A DNA stretch of 64,000 nt from Tubulanus polymorphus. Taxonomy: Eukaryota; Animalia; Nemertea. Location: assembly GCF_964204645.1 (NCBI RefSeq), contig NC_134033.1, forward strand, positions 4,612,231-4,676,230, written 5' to 3'. Of the stretch, positions 11,981 to 23,345 are shown in pieces (the first letter of the stretch is position 1; the number at the start of each line of letters is the position of its first letter). The notes below the pieces were generated by a model. The model searched no databases. It saw only the letters and a program-made list of their open reading frames with translations, and had not been told where the DNA came from. Position numbers and translations under genes: made by a program.

Positions 11981-12349
11981 TTAATCCATTAATAATAATC
12001 TTGGTTTATTTTCAATGACTTTATCATTTGACTTATTTTCTGGTATGATAGGTTTATTGTCATTGGAATCATCTTTATCATCAGATTTGAATTTTGATTT
12101 ATATATTACACCGGATAATATAATAACTGTTACTAATCCAATTGTAATATATAATTTATAATTACTTCCAGCATTAGAAGAATCAGATGGATTATTACTT
12201 GAATCAATATCAGATAAAGTCTGTGATTCATTTATATCAGTTAATTTCTTTTTCTTAGCTTTTTTTAATTCTGCAGATCTTTTACCTAATTCTCTTGCCC
12301 ATTTAATTTGTTTTTCAGATCTAACCTTTTTCTTAACTCCATCACTCAT
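11981..12349 (-). CDS. Small basic protein with one transmembrane helix (Polinton-like virus accessory gene)
   Basis: 122-aa ORF, K-rich N-terminus, hydrophobic LYITIGLVTVIILSGVIY; packed against its neighbours. Confidence 0.6.
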   Translation of the reverse strand: MSDGVKKKVRSEKQIKWARELGKRSAELKKAKKKKLTDINESQTLSDIDSSNNPSDSSNAGSNYKLYITIGLVTVIILSGVIYKSKFKSDDKDDSNDNKPIIPENKSNDKVIENKPRLLLMD

Positions 12350-12944
12350 TTATTTTAGTTAATTTGTGTTCTGATTCATTTTCTGTTTCGCTGTTTGGTT
12401 GTAGTACATCTGTTTCGTTCTTACCTGATTTATATTCCATAGGTTTGATGTTTGAAAATGTTATGACGCCAGTAGAAATTAATGTCATAACCGATCCTAA
12501 TTGAAATGAAGCATATCCAACCCATTTTTGTAATTCAGTCATAACTAAATAGTCATTTTTCAAATCACTATATAATTTATTTTCATCATCAATTGGTATT
12601 AACCGGTTACATAACTTAGAATAACATTTGACAATGCCATCTGAAATAGAATCATTTATTCTAGCTAATCTAGCTTCTTCATAAATCTTAAAATATTTTA
12701 TTACTTTATCGGGTTTCATAGCATCTAGTTCTTGATAAGTTAAAATTTTTCCTAAGAAATCCTTAGATTTCCCGCCAGCAATTAATAATTGAAGATGATG
12801 CTTACAATATAAATAGTATTCATAATCAATATTGTTATTAACTTGAATAGAATTAGAAACAACTGGATCCTTATTATCACTAATACCCAAATCATCTAAT
12901 GTTTTTTCAATATCAATACTATTCTTACTCGATTTCTTTGACAT
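12342..12944 (-). CDS. Hypothetical protein of the Polinton-like virus
   Basis: 200-aa ORF overlapping the next gene by 8 nt; same composition as neighbouring viral genes. Confidence 0.6.
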   Translation of the reverse strand: MSKKSSKNSIDIEKTLDDLGISDNKDPVVSNSIQVNNNIDYEYYLYCKHHLQLLIAGGKSKDFLGKILTYQELDAMKPDKVIKYFKIYEEARLARINDSISDGIVKCYSKLCNRLIPIDDENKLYSDLKNDYLVMTELQKWVGYASFQLGSVMTLISTGVITFSNIKPMEYKSGKNETDVLQPNSETENESEHKLTKINE

Positions 12945-14091
12945 TTATATTAGAGAAATTTAATAAGAAAAATATTATGAGTATTCTGATACTAGATAGT
13001 TAAAGTTAAAGAATTCTAGTATTGACTACTGATACTAGCTATTTGAATTTAAAGAATTTCTATTTGAATCTATTCAAAATATAAAGTATTCTCTTTTGAA
13101 AAGAAAGTATTAAAAATATAATAGAATTCACTAGCTAGTTGAAGTTATTGTTTTTTTAAATACTTTTTATTTAAATTAGGATTTAGATTATCTCACTACT
13201 ATTGTTTATCTATAGGAGCAGTAATTATAACTGTCCAGATAAGTCATTTCGGATTCTCGATAATAAATCCTAAAACTAAAAATAAATTCAAAGAAACGAC
13301 TGGTGGAAATACTATTTCATAAACACATATATTTTATTCTACAATCATTATCGATTTCCACATTCCACGGTAAGGTATGCGCGGAATGCGGAAATCAATA
13401 AAGTTTAATATAACATCTGTCACTGTGTGTGACATTAACAACAGCTTAATGACGCAATTGAAATGCCGGCAAACGTAATGCATTGAAAGCATATACAGTA
13501 TGACTAAACTGCTACAGTCTCATGAGTTGAAATAACCATAATTTCTGATTCCGCATCCATCTATCTTCACTTTCTTGATTCATTGGTCTTCATTTTGTTA
13601 TCTAAAAGATAAATATCTAACGTAGAATAAAACTAACTTGGAGTTGTAGTTGTAAAATATTAATTACAGCACTTAAACATGACCATTTGTGGCGCATCTT
13701 ACCAGGATAAGTTTTACATGTTTACATATTTACATGTTTACATATTTCGTTTCCCGAAGTCATAATAACAACAAAAACAGTACTTACATTTATAACTGTA
13801 AACTCCTAAAATTGTGTTTATAGAGAGAATATCCTATGCGTTCCTATGCTTATGTGCCGCGCCCTTATAACTGCCAGTTATTCACTAGCTAACACTGTCT
13901 GAGCAACATATGTTTCTTCCTTTGTGATGTAATTGATTAATCCCTTTCAACTGAAATAGCACATCAATATTCAAATGAGATACACCCCATTCAACTGAAG
14001 ATAACGTGCGACGGATGCTTTTGTAAACAACCTAATACAATTACATATAGGCGGTTTGACATAGATCGAGAGTAACCCGTTTTCTAAGCGC

Positions 14092-14745
14092 TCAAGCTTC
14101 AACGTCTTTTTCATTATGTGTTGAGTTCCATAATTCAACAAATGTCTTTGCTTTATCCAGTTGATCTTAATATAACTGTAAATCTAGTTTGTTAGATTTA
14201 ATTATGTTTTCCTTCTTTTCTAAAGGTCTTAGATTCTTCCAACTCCAAATAAGTTTTTTATTGTATTCATCATTCATGTTAAATTTAGATATTGGTAACA
14301 CATGATCAATATGAAAGTATTCACCATAATTATCTATATTCATTTTATCATCGAATTGATATATTATCCATGATATGAAAAATTCATCTGTATTACCCAA
14401 TAAATTAGATAGTGTTTCTGAATGTGTTTCTTTGTTGAATAATTGTGTTAATCTAGATCTTAAGCATTGTTTCAATCTAAAATTAAGATCTGTTTGATAT
14501 CTTTCTCTCATATATTCTGTCATATAATCATTATAAGCTTCTCTATTATCTTCTCTGTATTGTTTGGTATATAGTTTAGTACAAGTTTTACAGCAATATT
14601 GAAAACCATCTTTGCTAATCTTACGCTTATTAAATTCTGTTATAGCTAATTTATCTAATTCACATTTAGAACACTTCTTGTAATATATATTTATAACACC
14701 AGTGTTATTTGTAATATTGATAATTTGTGGTTGTTCTGGTTCCAT
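14092..14745 (-). CDS. HNH-like endonuclease with N-terminal Zn ribbon, of the type seen in large DNA viruses; probable premature stop at 14167
   Basis: KKCSKC..F.K...SKDG...CKTC, FHIDHVLPISKF, WKNLRPL..ENIIKSNK. The frame continues for 24 codons after the TAA (DQLDKAKTFVELWNSTHNEKDVEA). Confidence 0.7.
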
Positions 14746-14904
14746 TTATTATACATATTTTTTTACTAAATTGATTTTAGAAGTTATTCATTTATATGTT
14801 ATTCATGAATATACATGAATTATTTCAATAAAACTTTACTAACACTTTTAATGTTTAAAAATCTAACTCATACAAATATAAATATTGAAATATGTTTAAA
14901 ATAT

Positions 14905-15260
14905 ACCTATGTATTAGATACCCTATTAGATACCCTAATACCTGATACCCTATTAGATACCCTATTAGATACCTTAAATACTTAAAACCCCCTTTTTAAA
15001 AATAAATATTATTTATACAATTTTCAACCAATTTATTTTTATTATTTCAACTAATATATGAATAAGTTTGAAAATAATAAAGGTTATTTATTATTACTGA
15101 GGTTTCAATTTCCATATGAATATCAGTTTATAAGATAAGATATTTTATGTATTAGATTGTATTAGATATGTATTAGATACCTTAAATACCTTAAATACTT
15201 AAAACCCCCTTTTTATTTACTATTATTTTATACAATTTTCAAACAATATTATTATTTGTG
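14905..15260. repeat. Iterated TATTAGATACCC motifs plus a duplicated TTAAATACTTAAAACCCCCTTTTT block
   Basis: At least four TATTAGATACC(C) copies at 14913-14975; variant block repeated at 15150-15245. Confidence 0.75.
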
Positions 15261-15278
15261 TTAAATATAATTAATATT

Positions 15279-16109
15279 TTAATCACTTTCACTATCAGAC
15301 CCTAACAATTTATTCAAATTCTCTACCGAATTTTCTTTCTCAAATTCTTTATTATTTTTATACTTATTCTTCATCCTTTTTACCGCATCATCAATAGTTT
15401 CTTCTTTATGTTTCATAGAATCTTTATTATCAATATCTGTAACTATATCACCATGTGGGTGCCGTATGGCACCATTTTCATTATTATCTTTATTAGTGTT
15501 TGCTCCTAATATTTCATTTACAGTGTTTGGTTTTAATATTTCATTAGCATCGGTTAGATCTAATTCATCTTTATTAGGTGTTGCTAATAATAAATCTTCA
15601 TATATTTTTTCACCATTTACTTTTTGATTTGAAACAAACTTTGTAACATATCTAAATGGGTGTTCTATAAATTCTTTTAAACCAACACGTTCTATAACAT
15701 TATTTATATGTACCCTTGTATTCATATGTTTATTCCAATTTGATGTAGCGTTTGAAAATTCACTTTTACAATATCCACAATAATTTCTATTTTCACTAAC
15801 ATTTAATATTATTTCATTATTAGATGTAGAAGGTATTACATTATTAGATGTAGAAGGTATTGCATTATTAGATGTAGAAGGTATTACATTATTAGATGTA
15901 GGAGGTGTTACATTATTATCAATTACATTACTTAAATTATCAACAACTTCACTTTTATTATTATCTATTTCTATTAGTTTAGTTTTATAATTATTGAAAA
16001 TAGGATCAAATATCAAAGCTATATTACAAGGTATTACATAATATAAACCATCATTATTTTCATGTGTATCGATGTATGGAATATGTTTATACACTTTACC
16101 TCCTTCCAT
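15279..16109 (-). CDS. Zn-finger protein with 24-bp tandem repeats (SNNVIPST)
   Basis: YCGYCKSEF...WNKHMNTRVH; 3-4 repeats at ~15815-15920. Confidence 0.65.
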   Translation of the reverse strand: MEGGKVYKHIPYIDTHENNDGLYYVIPCNIALIFDPIFNNYKTKLIEIDNNKSEVVDNLSNVIDNNVTPPTSNNVIPSTSNNAIPSTSNNVIPSTSNNEIILNVSENRNYCGYCKSEFSNATSNWNKHMNTRVHINNVIERVGLKEFIEHPFRYVTKFVSNQKVNGEKIYEDLLLATPNKDELDLTDANEILKPNTVNEILGANTNKDNNENGAIRHPHGDIVTDIDNKDSMKHKEETIDDAVKRMKNKYKNNKEFEKENSVENLNKLLGSDSESD

Positions 16110-16676
16110 TTATTATATAAATTTTTATTAAAGTTAAAATTTTAATACATAACACTATTTAATTGAGAATTTACAATATTTAATTGCGCGTCAGATATAA
16201 TATAAATGTGCATTTTAAAATTTTTGATTCCTTTATTCTTTGTCATGAATAATTGTATTCCATCTTTAGTGTTTTGTAGTTTTTTCCCAGAACCATGTAA
16301 TGAATTATCCTCTGTTGTTCTAAAATCTAACCATAATGCATATTTATTATCGGTATAATAATCAATTTGATTAATATTACAATTTTCAGATGATTTCACT
16401 TTTTCATTCATAAAATGTTTTCTAATTTCTGGCCATTGATCAATCATTCTCATTCCTTGACAAAATATTTTATTTGCTATTCCTTCGATAGTTATTTCTA
16501 CTTTTGTTATTTCAGGATTATAATAATTATCAACATTTATTGCGCCATTAGTATATGTTGCAATGGTAAAAAATATTAATATACCTTTAATAGATCTTCT
16601 TGGGAAGTTAATATTCTCATTAATAATTTCATCATTTGCATTAATAGTTACGGTTTTAAATTTATCAATATAATCA

Positions 16677-17009
16677 TGTTAGGCATAAGCCGTATTTACT
16701 ATATATTTGTTAAGCTTCTTATAGTCTTAGTATTATAGTCATGGAGATGGTCAAACAGATTATGCGCGATTAGCATGATCAGGCAGTCGTTGACCAACTC
16801 CATGACTACACAGTATTTGTTTATACTTTCATTGAAATGTATAAAATGGATTTGTAATATGGTTTCGGGGTCACTCTCGATCTGACTCTCGATTCGACAC
16901 TTTCACTCTCGTCAATAAACTGGAATCATCATCATACTCGTAAACTAACGTGTCTCTTTGCGGATCGATCTTGGTTGTTTGGAGGATTCAGGAATCTTAA
17001 AGTTTTACA
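16677..17009 (+). repeat. 5' LTR (333 bp)
   Basis: Near-identical to 24502-24834; one substitution noticed (CACTCTCG vs CACTATCG). Confidence 0.97.
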
Positions 17010-17010
17010 C

Positions 17011-17020
17011 TGGTGGAGAA
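17011..17020 (+). promoter_or_regulatory. Primer binding site, probably tRNA-Ala
   Basis: TGGTGGAGAA 1 nt after the LTR, complementary to ...TTCTCCACCA tRNA 3' ends. Confidence 0.7.
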
Positions 17021-17277
17021 CCCTACTTCGCAAAGGTACGACAATAAGTTTCATCTCTATTTTCATTCGGGTTTATTCCATAAGTTAAGTCGAAGCTGAC
17101 CCAGCCAAGTGCTGTAAAAATTGTTGATAATTTTCTTTTGCGGGTTCTTATCTTGCATTTTCTTTTGCTATTTTGCTGTTTTCAACCTTGTTTTGTTATT
17201 TCATTTATTGCTTTGCTCTACCATTTCCCCGTTGCATTATATTTTCCCCGTTGCATTTTATTGTCATTTAATACATT

Positions 17278-18951
17278 ATGAGTACCCAAGCCAAATCTGG
17301 TAAATCATCTACCACTAATGCTACTGCAAAAACCAGGTCTGGGTTTCAACTGCCTGAGCGTAGAACTACTCGGTCTAGCGATCAGCCACCGACCCCAGTG
17401 GATTTAACACCATCTAGGCCGCAATTCGATACGCCGATTGGTACATCGCAACAGTTGGAAACTTCTCCAACAGTTTCGCGTGCACTTCCTATGGACAGAA
17501 CCCTAGAGAATCAGGAAGACAACGATTATGTTGCAATTGTTCCTGAAAGCAATGACGACCGTTCTGAAATTAATGCTGCGTTAAACGTTGAACTGATTAA
17601 TACTATTTCCGATTTTCAAAATTCTATGGAATCAAAATTTCAGGACGTTCTTAATTCTATTGAATGTCATTCAAAAGACATCAGTAACATCTATGACCAA
17701 CTACATGAATTTAATCAGTTTAGGCTTGCCACCGAAAGTACACTGTCGAAATTATCTACGCATAACGAAACCATGAACGTGATATCAGAACAGTTAAAGT
17801 CCTTAGGACAAGAAATGGCTTTGATTAAATCTGTAGTTTTTCAAAATTCACCATCGCAGGCCCCTTTGCATATATCTTCTGACGCTCGTCTTACGGACCC
17901 CGTTGCCGAAAATCGAGCCTCTGATAATGTCACCGATACCCATAGTTCGTCTCATTTTCATTCACCATCTCATTCACTTAGATATCCTGAAGCACCACAT
18001 CAATCTTTTAATGCACTCGCACATCCACCCCGTTCACAGACACCTCAGTCGCAAGTAAGTCAAGCAAGCGAATTTGAGCGGGCTGTGCGCCAAATGGCGT
18101 TTAGTAACGTAGTTTCCGAAGTTCCCACATTTGAGGGGGATACCAAATTATCAGTTAAGAAATTTTTCATGTATTGGGAAGACCACTGCGAGAATTTTGG
18201 TGTTCCAATTCAAGAGCGTCTGACACTGTTGTCAAGTCGCCTTAAAGGAGAAGCGAAAAGTTTTTATTTTAAATTGAAAGATTCGGAGACAATCAAGGGT
18301 CAGTGGACTTACCAAAACGTGAAAACAAGATTTCTCACTCATTTCCATGATGAGCGTGACGATTGTTTGTCGGGGGTTGATGTCCTAAAAAGAACGCAAA
18401 AGCCGGGAGAATCCGTCGATTCTTACCTAAAAGATTTGAAACGGTTGGCCCAAGATGCAAATTTTCCGGACCATGTAATCCGTGTTAGTTTTATAAACGG
18501 TCTTGAGAGTTGCATACAGGAGCACGTTATGGCTGCAAACCCAAAAACTCTTTCAGAAGCTATACGGTTAGCTCGAAATAAAGACAAAAGTCTTATACAT
18601 CAGGCAGAAAGCGAACGCTCTTGGTCTTCGCACCAACATCCACCAATTGCTGTTGTTTCAAAACGAAATGCACCACTAACAATTCCCAACAACAATAGTA
18701 ACAACACTAACACTTCTACGGAAAATCAGCAGATAATCGAGTTACTTAAATCAGTAACATCAAAACTCGATAACATACAAACTAACAAATCCGGTGTCAA
18801 ATGTTACAATTGCCAAAAGTATGGTCATAATCAATCAAAATGCACTAATGAACCATATTGTAATCACTGTCGTTCTCGGGGACACCGCTGGGATAAATGC
18901 ACCGTAAGGCCTCGTGTAAATAGTCAAAACACTCAAGATTCGGAAAACTAA
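17278..18951 (+). CDS. gag: Gag with coiled-coil region, capsid-like domain and two CCHC zinc knuckles
   Basis: FEGD, L.GEAK, QKPGESV..Y, FINGL, PKTLSEAI; CYNCQKYGHNQSKC and CNHCRSRGHRWDKC. Confidence 0.93.
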   Translation: MSTQAKSGKSSTTNATAKTRSGFQLPERRTTRSSDQPPTPVDLTPSRPQFDTPIGTSQQLETSPTVSRALPMDRTLENQEDNDYVAIVPESNDDRSEINAALNVELINTISDFQNSMESKFQDVLNSIECHSKDISNIYDQLHEFNQFRLATESTLSKLSTHNETMNVISEQLKSLGQEMALIKSVVFQNSPSQAPLHISSDARLTDPVAENRASDNVTDTHSSSHFHSPSHSLRYPEAPHQSFNALAHPPRSQTPQSQVSQASEFERAVRQMAFSNVVSEVPTFEGDTKLSVKKFFMYWEDHCENFGVPIQERLTLLSSRLKGEAKSFYFKLKDSETIKGQWTYQNVKTRFLTHFHDERDDCLSGVDVLKRTQKPGESVDSYLKDLKRLAQDANFPDHVIRVSFINGLESCIQEHVMAANPKTLSEAIRLARNKDKSLIHQAESERSWSSHQHPPIAVVSKRNAPLTIPNNNSNNTNTSTENQQIIELLKSVTSKLDNIQTNKSGVKCYNCQKYGHNQSKCTNEPYCNHCRSRGHRWDKCTVRPRVNSQNTQDSEN

Positions 18952-21900
18952 AGCTCGCTCAGAAACACGTGTCGCTTTCTGGGTTTAACAATCTAACTAA
19001 TAATGATCAAAAAATGACACATGAAACTAATGTTAATGCTGATTGTTTTTCGTCTGACTCTACTATTACCAATGATAGTTTTCTTAATGATGTTTTGAGT
19101 GGTCAGTCGCAAACTGTCCCACAGGAATCTGGCCATGTCGTGTTTTTGTCATCGAACGATGATTTTGTAAAACGAACTTCTGAGGGTGTTATTGCTTCTA
19201 ATGGTAGTTTTTCTAATAGTTTTACCGAAGAATGTAGTTTTAATGTTTTACCGTCAGATTCCAGTGTTACAGGAAAGACAGACCCATTGATTAAAGCTGA
19301 TGTTTGTTTGCCTCATCAAATTGTGAAAAGTAGAGTCAGTCGGAAAGATACTATGCACCATAAATCCACCCATGAGCGTTGTCACAGCAATAAAAATTAT
19401 CTAGGCCGCTGTCACAACAAATTGCCAACCCAACAGCCGACGGAGACCGACAATAAGTCTAATTCTGAACTTCATCCTCCGTCGAGTCAATTTCCAATAG
19501 TTCTTGCTTCGATAGGTAACATGGTTTATTCGAAGGTCAATGGTTCTCAGGTTGGTACTCTTATTGACAGTGGTGCTGCTATTTCGGTTATCAATAAGCG
19601 ATTTTTGGATCATAACCCAGGTCTTCAGGCACTTCCTATCCAAAGCAGTGACTACGCCTATGCAAATACAGCAAACGGCGGTAAATTATCTATTTTAGGT
19701 CGCATTAATTTACCTATCTTGATTGGAGAAGTCAGTGTGTCTCATCCGGTTTACATTGCTGATCCGTTGGAGTATGAACTCATTCTCGGTATAGATTTTA
19801 TGATGCTGAATGGTGCTATTCTCGATTATAGTCAGGGTACTTTATGCATTCAAGGTAGCAAGCCTATCAAACTCCGGCGACAGGTACCATTGAATGGAGC
19901 AAAAGCCGTCTGCACAGTAAACAATATTAGCATTCCTCCTATGTCCCAACAACTAATTTATGCAAACGTGCACGGAAAAATAAAGAACGGTACTACAGCC
20001 CTCATTGAACCATCTCCTGTGTTACCTCTACACACAGATGGCCTCATTGCAGGGAGAGCAGTAGTCACTGTCACTGATGGCAAGGTACCTGTCCCAGTTA
20101 TTGTTTCCTCTGTTACTAAGTCCTCGTCTACAGAAATGGCAGTTGCACACATTCATACCATCTCACATCTTGGTAGTATCTCAGCGCTTTCCGGAGGTAA
20201 ACGTTTTCCTCAACAGAAACCTATAACCCCAACTCCGCTTATTACCACACAACCAACACCTATCTCTGATACTATAGATTCTAACCAAGCTCTAGACGAT
20301 AATCAAAAGCACCAACTACAAAATCTTTTACACCGATACTCGGATATATTCGCTAGCAAAAACTCGGATTTAGGCAAAACCTCGATAGTCAAACATGAAA
20401 TTCATGTTAACAACCATCCACCAATAAAGCACAGCCCTTATCGTAAATCGCCTCCAATGAGGAAAATTGAGCAGGAATTAGTATCAGAGATGTTGGAAGC
20501 AAATATTATCAGGCCTAGCAATAGCGCATGGGCATCACCAACGGTTTTGATTCCTAAACCCGACGGTACATATAGGTTTTGCGTTGATTACAGAAAATTG
20601 AACAACGCAACCGTAAAGGATTCCTATCCTATCCCTAGGATCGATGATACCTTGGATTCATTGGGCCAGAAAAAGGCAAAATATTTCACTACGCTCGATT
20701 TGATGTCCGGATATTGGAACATTGAGATGCATGAAAATTCTAAGGACAAAACGGCATTTGTAACTCATTCTGGTCTATATGAATTTAACAAGTTAAGCTT
20801 CGGTCTGTGCAATGCCCCTAGTACTTTTCAGCGTTTGATGGAAACCCTGCTCCGGACACAACAGTGGGAAATTTGTTTAATTTATTTAGATGACGTAATC
20901 ATATTTTCTCCAACATTTGAGCAACATTTATTGGACATTGAATCAATCTTTCGGAAAATGCGGGCAGCTGGATTGAAACTCAAAATTTCAAAATGCAAAT
21001 TCGCCCAATTCTCAGTTAAATATCTAGGTCATATTGTATCTGCAGATGGTATTAGGCCCGATCCCTCAAAAACTGCTATTATTAATAATTACCCTGGTCC
21101 TCGGACACTCTCCGAGCTACGTACATTTATGGGAATCTGTACATACTATCGCCGTTTTGTAAATAATTTTGCCAAAATTGCCGTGCCCTTATATCGGCTC
21201 ACGAAAAAGGACGTTCCTTTTGATTTCAATTTCGAGTGTGTATCTGCTTTTAATCGCTTGAAAGAGGCCTTGATGAAGGAACCAGTTTTAGCTTTTCCCC
21301 GGTTTGATATCCCTTTTTCTATACATACTGATGCAAGTAATACTGGAATTGGCATGGTCCTTTCACAAACAATAGATGGCGAAGAACACCCCATATGTTT
21401 TGACGGCAGACCTTTAAATAAAGCAGAGTTGAACTATTCAACTACAGAAAAAGAATGCCTCGCTATTGTTCAAGGAATTCGTAAATTCAGACCCTATATA
21501 CATGGCAATCGTTTCGAGATAATTACAGACCACCACGCCCTCTCATGGCTCAGGAGTAACAAAAATGCTCCTGGTCGAATCGGGCGTTGGGCTCTGGAAT
21601 TACAGGATCTGGACTTTACGGTCACATACCGCAAGGGAAAAATCCACAACAATGCAGACACCCTTTCACGCTGTCCTTTCAACTCTGTTTGCACCATATC
21701 ATTATATAACGAGGTCTCCTTAAAACAACCGGGTCGTAACGCACTGTCCGATTCTGATCATTGCAGTTTCACTGAGGTCTGTACAATTTGTGATCCGATT
21801 GTCGACGTAACGGATATTCGGAGACAACAAGAAAAGGATGATTGGGCGGGAAAAATGTTATCGTATCTCGAGTCAAAAACCCTCCCCATCGATGAGAAAG

Positions 21901-23345
21901 AGGCTCGAGATATCGCCCTCCATTCTGACCATTATTTTGTCGGCAATGGAAAGCTGCTCTATCATGTGTGGAACCACAAAAAGACCAAGGAGCCAAAGGC
22001 TATTCAACTGTACCTTCCTGAGACCCTTATTCCGGATGTACTCACTGCATGTCACGATTCATCAATTGGTGGTCATTATTGTTTCAAGAAAACCTTGGGT
22101 GTCATTCAAAAACGATATTTCTGGTTAGGAATGACACGGGATATATGCAATTGGATTGAAACGTGCAGTGAGTGCAACAGCAAGAAGGTTCCCACTAGGT
22201 CCACGCGGCCACCACTCGTCCCTATGCCCATCGCCGAAAGACCTTTTGACCGATTAGGGGTTGATTGTGTCGGTCCGCTTCCAGAGACGTCATCAGGTCA
22301 AAAGTATATCGTCGTTTTCATGGATTATCTAACTCATTGGCCCGAAGCTTTCGCAACGAAATCCATCGAAGCCCCAGAGGTTGCAAATCTCCTATTTAAC
22401 GAGATTCTTTGCAGGCATGGATGTCCACGAGTTTTGCATTCTGACCGAGGCACCAATTTTCTATCTGAAGTGGTTAAATCTGTTTGTAAACAAATGGGTA
22501 CATCTCAAACCCATACTAGCAGTTTTCATCCCCAATGTGATGGTCTTGTGGAAAAGTTTAATGGTACACTGGTTACTCGGCTAGCATTTCAGGCTAATGT
22601 CCGTCAGACCGACTGGGACAAATTTATACCGGCAGCTTTATTTTCCTATCGAGTTAGCCCCAGTATGTCTACAAAAATTTCGCCGTTCCAGATGCTCTAT
22701 GGCCGTAAACCAGTCCTACCTATCGATTCAGCCCTCTTACTCCCAGCTTCTAAACTCGTAGCGCACAGCCATGAAGAATATTTACAGACCTTACAACAAA
22801 AATTCCAATTAATCCACACAGAAGCCATTGCTAACCAACTTACTAGTCAGGATAAAATGAAAGCCCAGTATGACAAGAAATCACGTGATATCAGTTTTGA
22901 AATTGGCGAAAAAGTTTATTTGTATAAGCCTAAGATCAGTCGTAACGGCCTATCTAAAAAGTTAATGCACCCCTACACGGGACCGTACATTATACATGAT
23001 AAAATTCCAGCCGGAAATTTAAAACCCGTTACGTATAAGTTACAAACATTGGACGGTAAACTCTTGTCATCGTCTGAGCATGCCAGTAAATTAAAGAAAT
23101 TTTTAGGGCCTGAGTCAAGACTGATAAAAGATCATCCTAAACCTGCAACACTGGAACCAGATCAGTTTCTCGTGGAGAAAATACTAGCAAAAAGGAGTTA
23201 TGCCAAGAAAACATACTATCTGATTCGCTGGCTGGGCTTTCCTCCGTCAGAAGATAGTTGGGAACCAGAAGAAAACATCGATGACCCCAACCTCATCAGG
23301 CAATTTAATGCTACTCACAATCCGCGGGCTCGATATATTCATTAG
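18942..23345 (+). CDS. pol: Pol (protease, RT, RNase H, integrase, chromodomain), probably expressed by -1 frameshift
   Basis: LIDSGA, RFCVDYRKLN, YLDD, TDAS, HHCC, GVD/SDRG/VEKFN, and C-terminal VEKIL..YLIRWLGF...DSWEPEENI. Frame is open from 18924. Confidence 0.96.
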   Translation, partial: GKLKLAQKHVSLSGFNNLTNNDQKMTHETNVNADCFSSDSTITNDSFLNDVLSGQSQTVPQESGHVVFLSSNDDFVKRTSEGVIASNGSFSNSFTEECSFNVLPSDSSVTGKTDPLIKADVCLPHQIVKSRVSRKDTMHHKSTHERCHSNKNYLGRCHNKLPTQQPTETDNKSNSELHPPSSQFPIVLASIGNMVYSKVNGSQVGTLIDSGAAISVINKRFLDHNPGLQALPIQSSDYAYANTANGGKLSILGRINLPILIGEVSVSHPVYIADPLEYELILGIDFMMLNGAILDYSQGTLCIQGSKPIKLRRQVPLNGAKAVCTVNNISIPPMSQQLIYANVHGKIKNGTTALIEPSPVLPLHTDGLIAGRAVVTVTDGKVPVPVIVSSVTKSSSTEMAVAHIHTISHLGSISALSGGKRFPQQKPITPTPLITTQPTPISDTIDSNQALDDNQKHQLQNLLHRYSDIFASKNSDLGKTSIVKHEIHVNNHPPIKHSPYRKSPPMRKIEQELVSEMLEANIIRPSNSAWASPTVLIPKPDGTYRFCVDYRKLNNATVKDSYPIPRIDDTLDSLGQKKAKYFTTLDLMSGYWNIEMHENSKDKTAFVTHSGLYEFNKLSFGLCNAPSTFQRLMETLLRTQQWEICLIYLDDVIIFSPTFEQHLLDIESIFRKMRAAGLKLKISKCKFAQFSVKYLGHIVSADGIRPDPSKTAIINNYPGPRTLSELRTFMGICTYYRRFVNNFAKIAVPLYRLTKKDVPFDFNFECVSAFNRLKEALMKEPVLAFPRFDIPFSIHTDASNTGIGMVLSQTIDGEEHPICFDGRPLNKAELNYSTTEKECLAIVQGIRKFRPYIHGNRFEIITDHHALSWLRSNKNAPGRIGRWALELQDLDFTVTYRKGKIHNNADTLSRCPFNSVCTISLYNEVSLKQPGRNALSDSDHCSFTEVCTICDPIVDVTDIRRQQEKDDWAGKMLSYLESKTLPIDEKEARDIALHSDHYFVGNGKLLYHVWNHKKTKEPKAIQLYLPETLIPDVLTACHDSSIGGHYCFKKTLGVIQKRYFWLGMTRDICNWIETCSECNSKKVPTRSTRPPLVPMPIAERPFDRLGVDCVGPLPETSSGQKYIVVFMDYLTHWPEAFATKSIEAPEVANLLFNEILCRHGCPRVLHSDRGTNFLSEVVKSVCKQMGTSQTHTSSFHPQCDGLVEKFNGTLVTRLAFQANVRQTDWDKFIPAALFSYRVSPSMSTKISPFQMLYGRKPVLPIDSALLLPASKLVAHSHEEYLQTLQQKFQLIHTEAIANQLTSQDKMKAQYDKKSRDISFEIGEKVYLYKPKISRNGLSKKLMHPYTGPYIIHDKIPAGNLKPVTYKLQTLDGKLLSSSEHASKLKKFLGPESRLIKDHPKPATLEPDQFLVEKILAKRSYAKKTYYLIRWLGFPPSEDSWEPEENIDDPNLIRQFNATHNPRARYIH

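Noticed and set aside
19401-22584. Short ORFs overlapping pol on either strand
   Set aside because: Shadow ORFs of a long coding region with no motifs.
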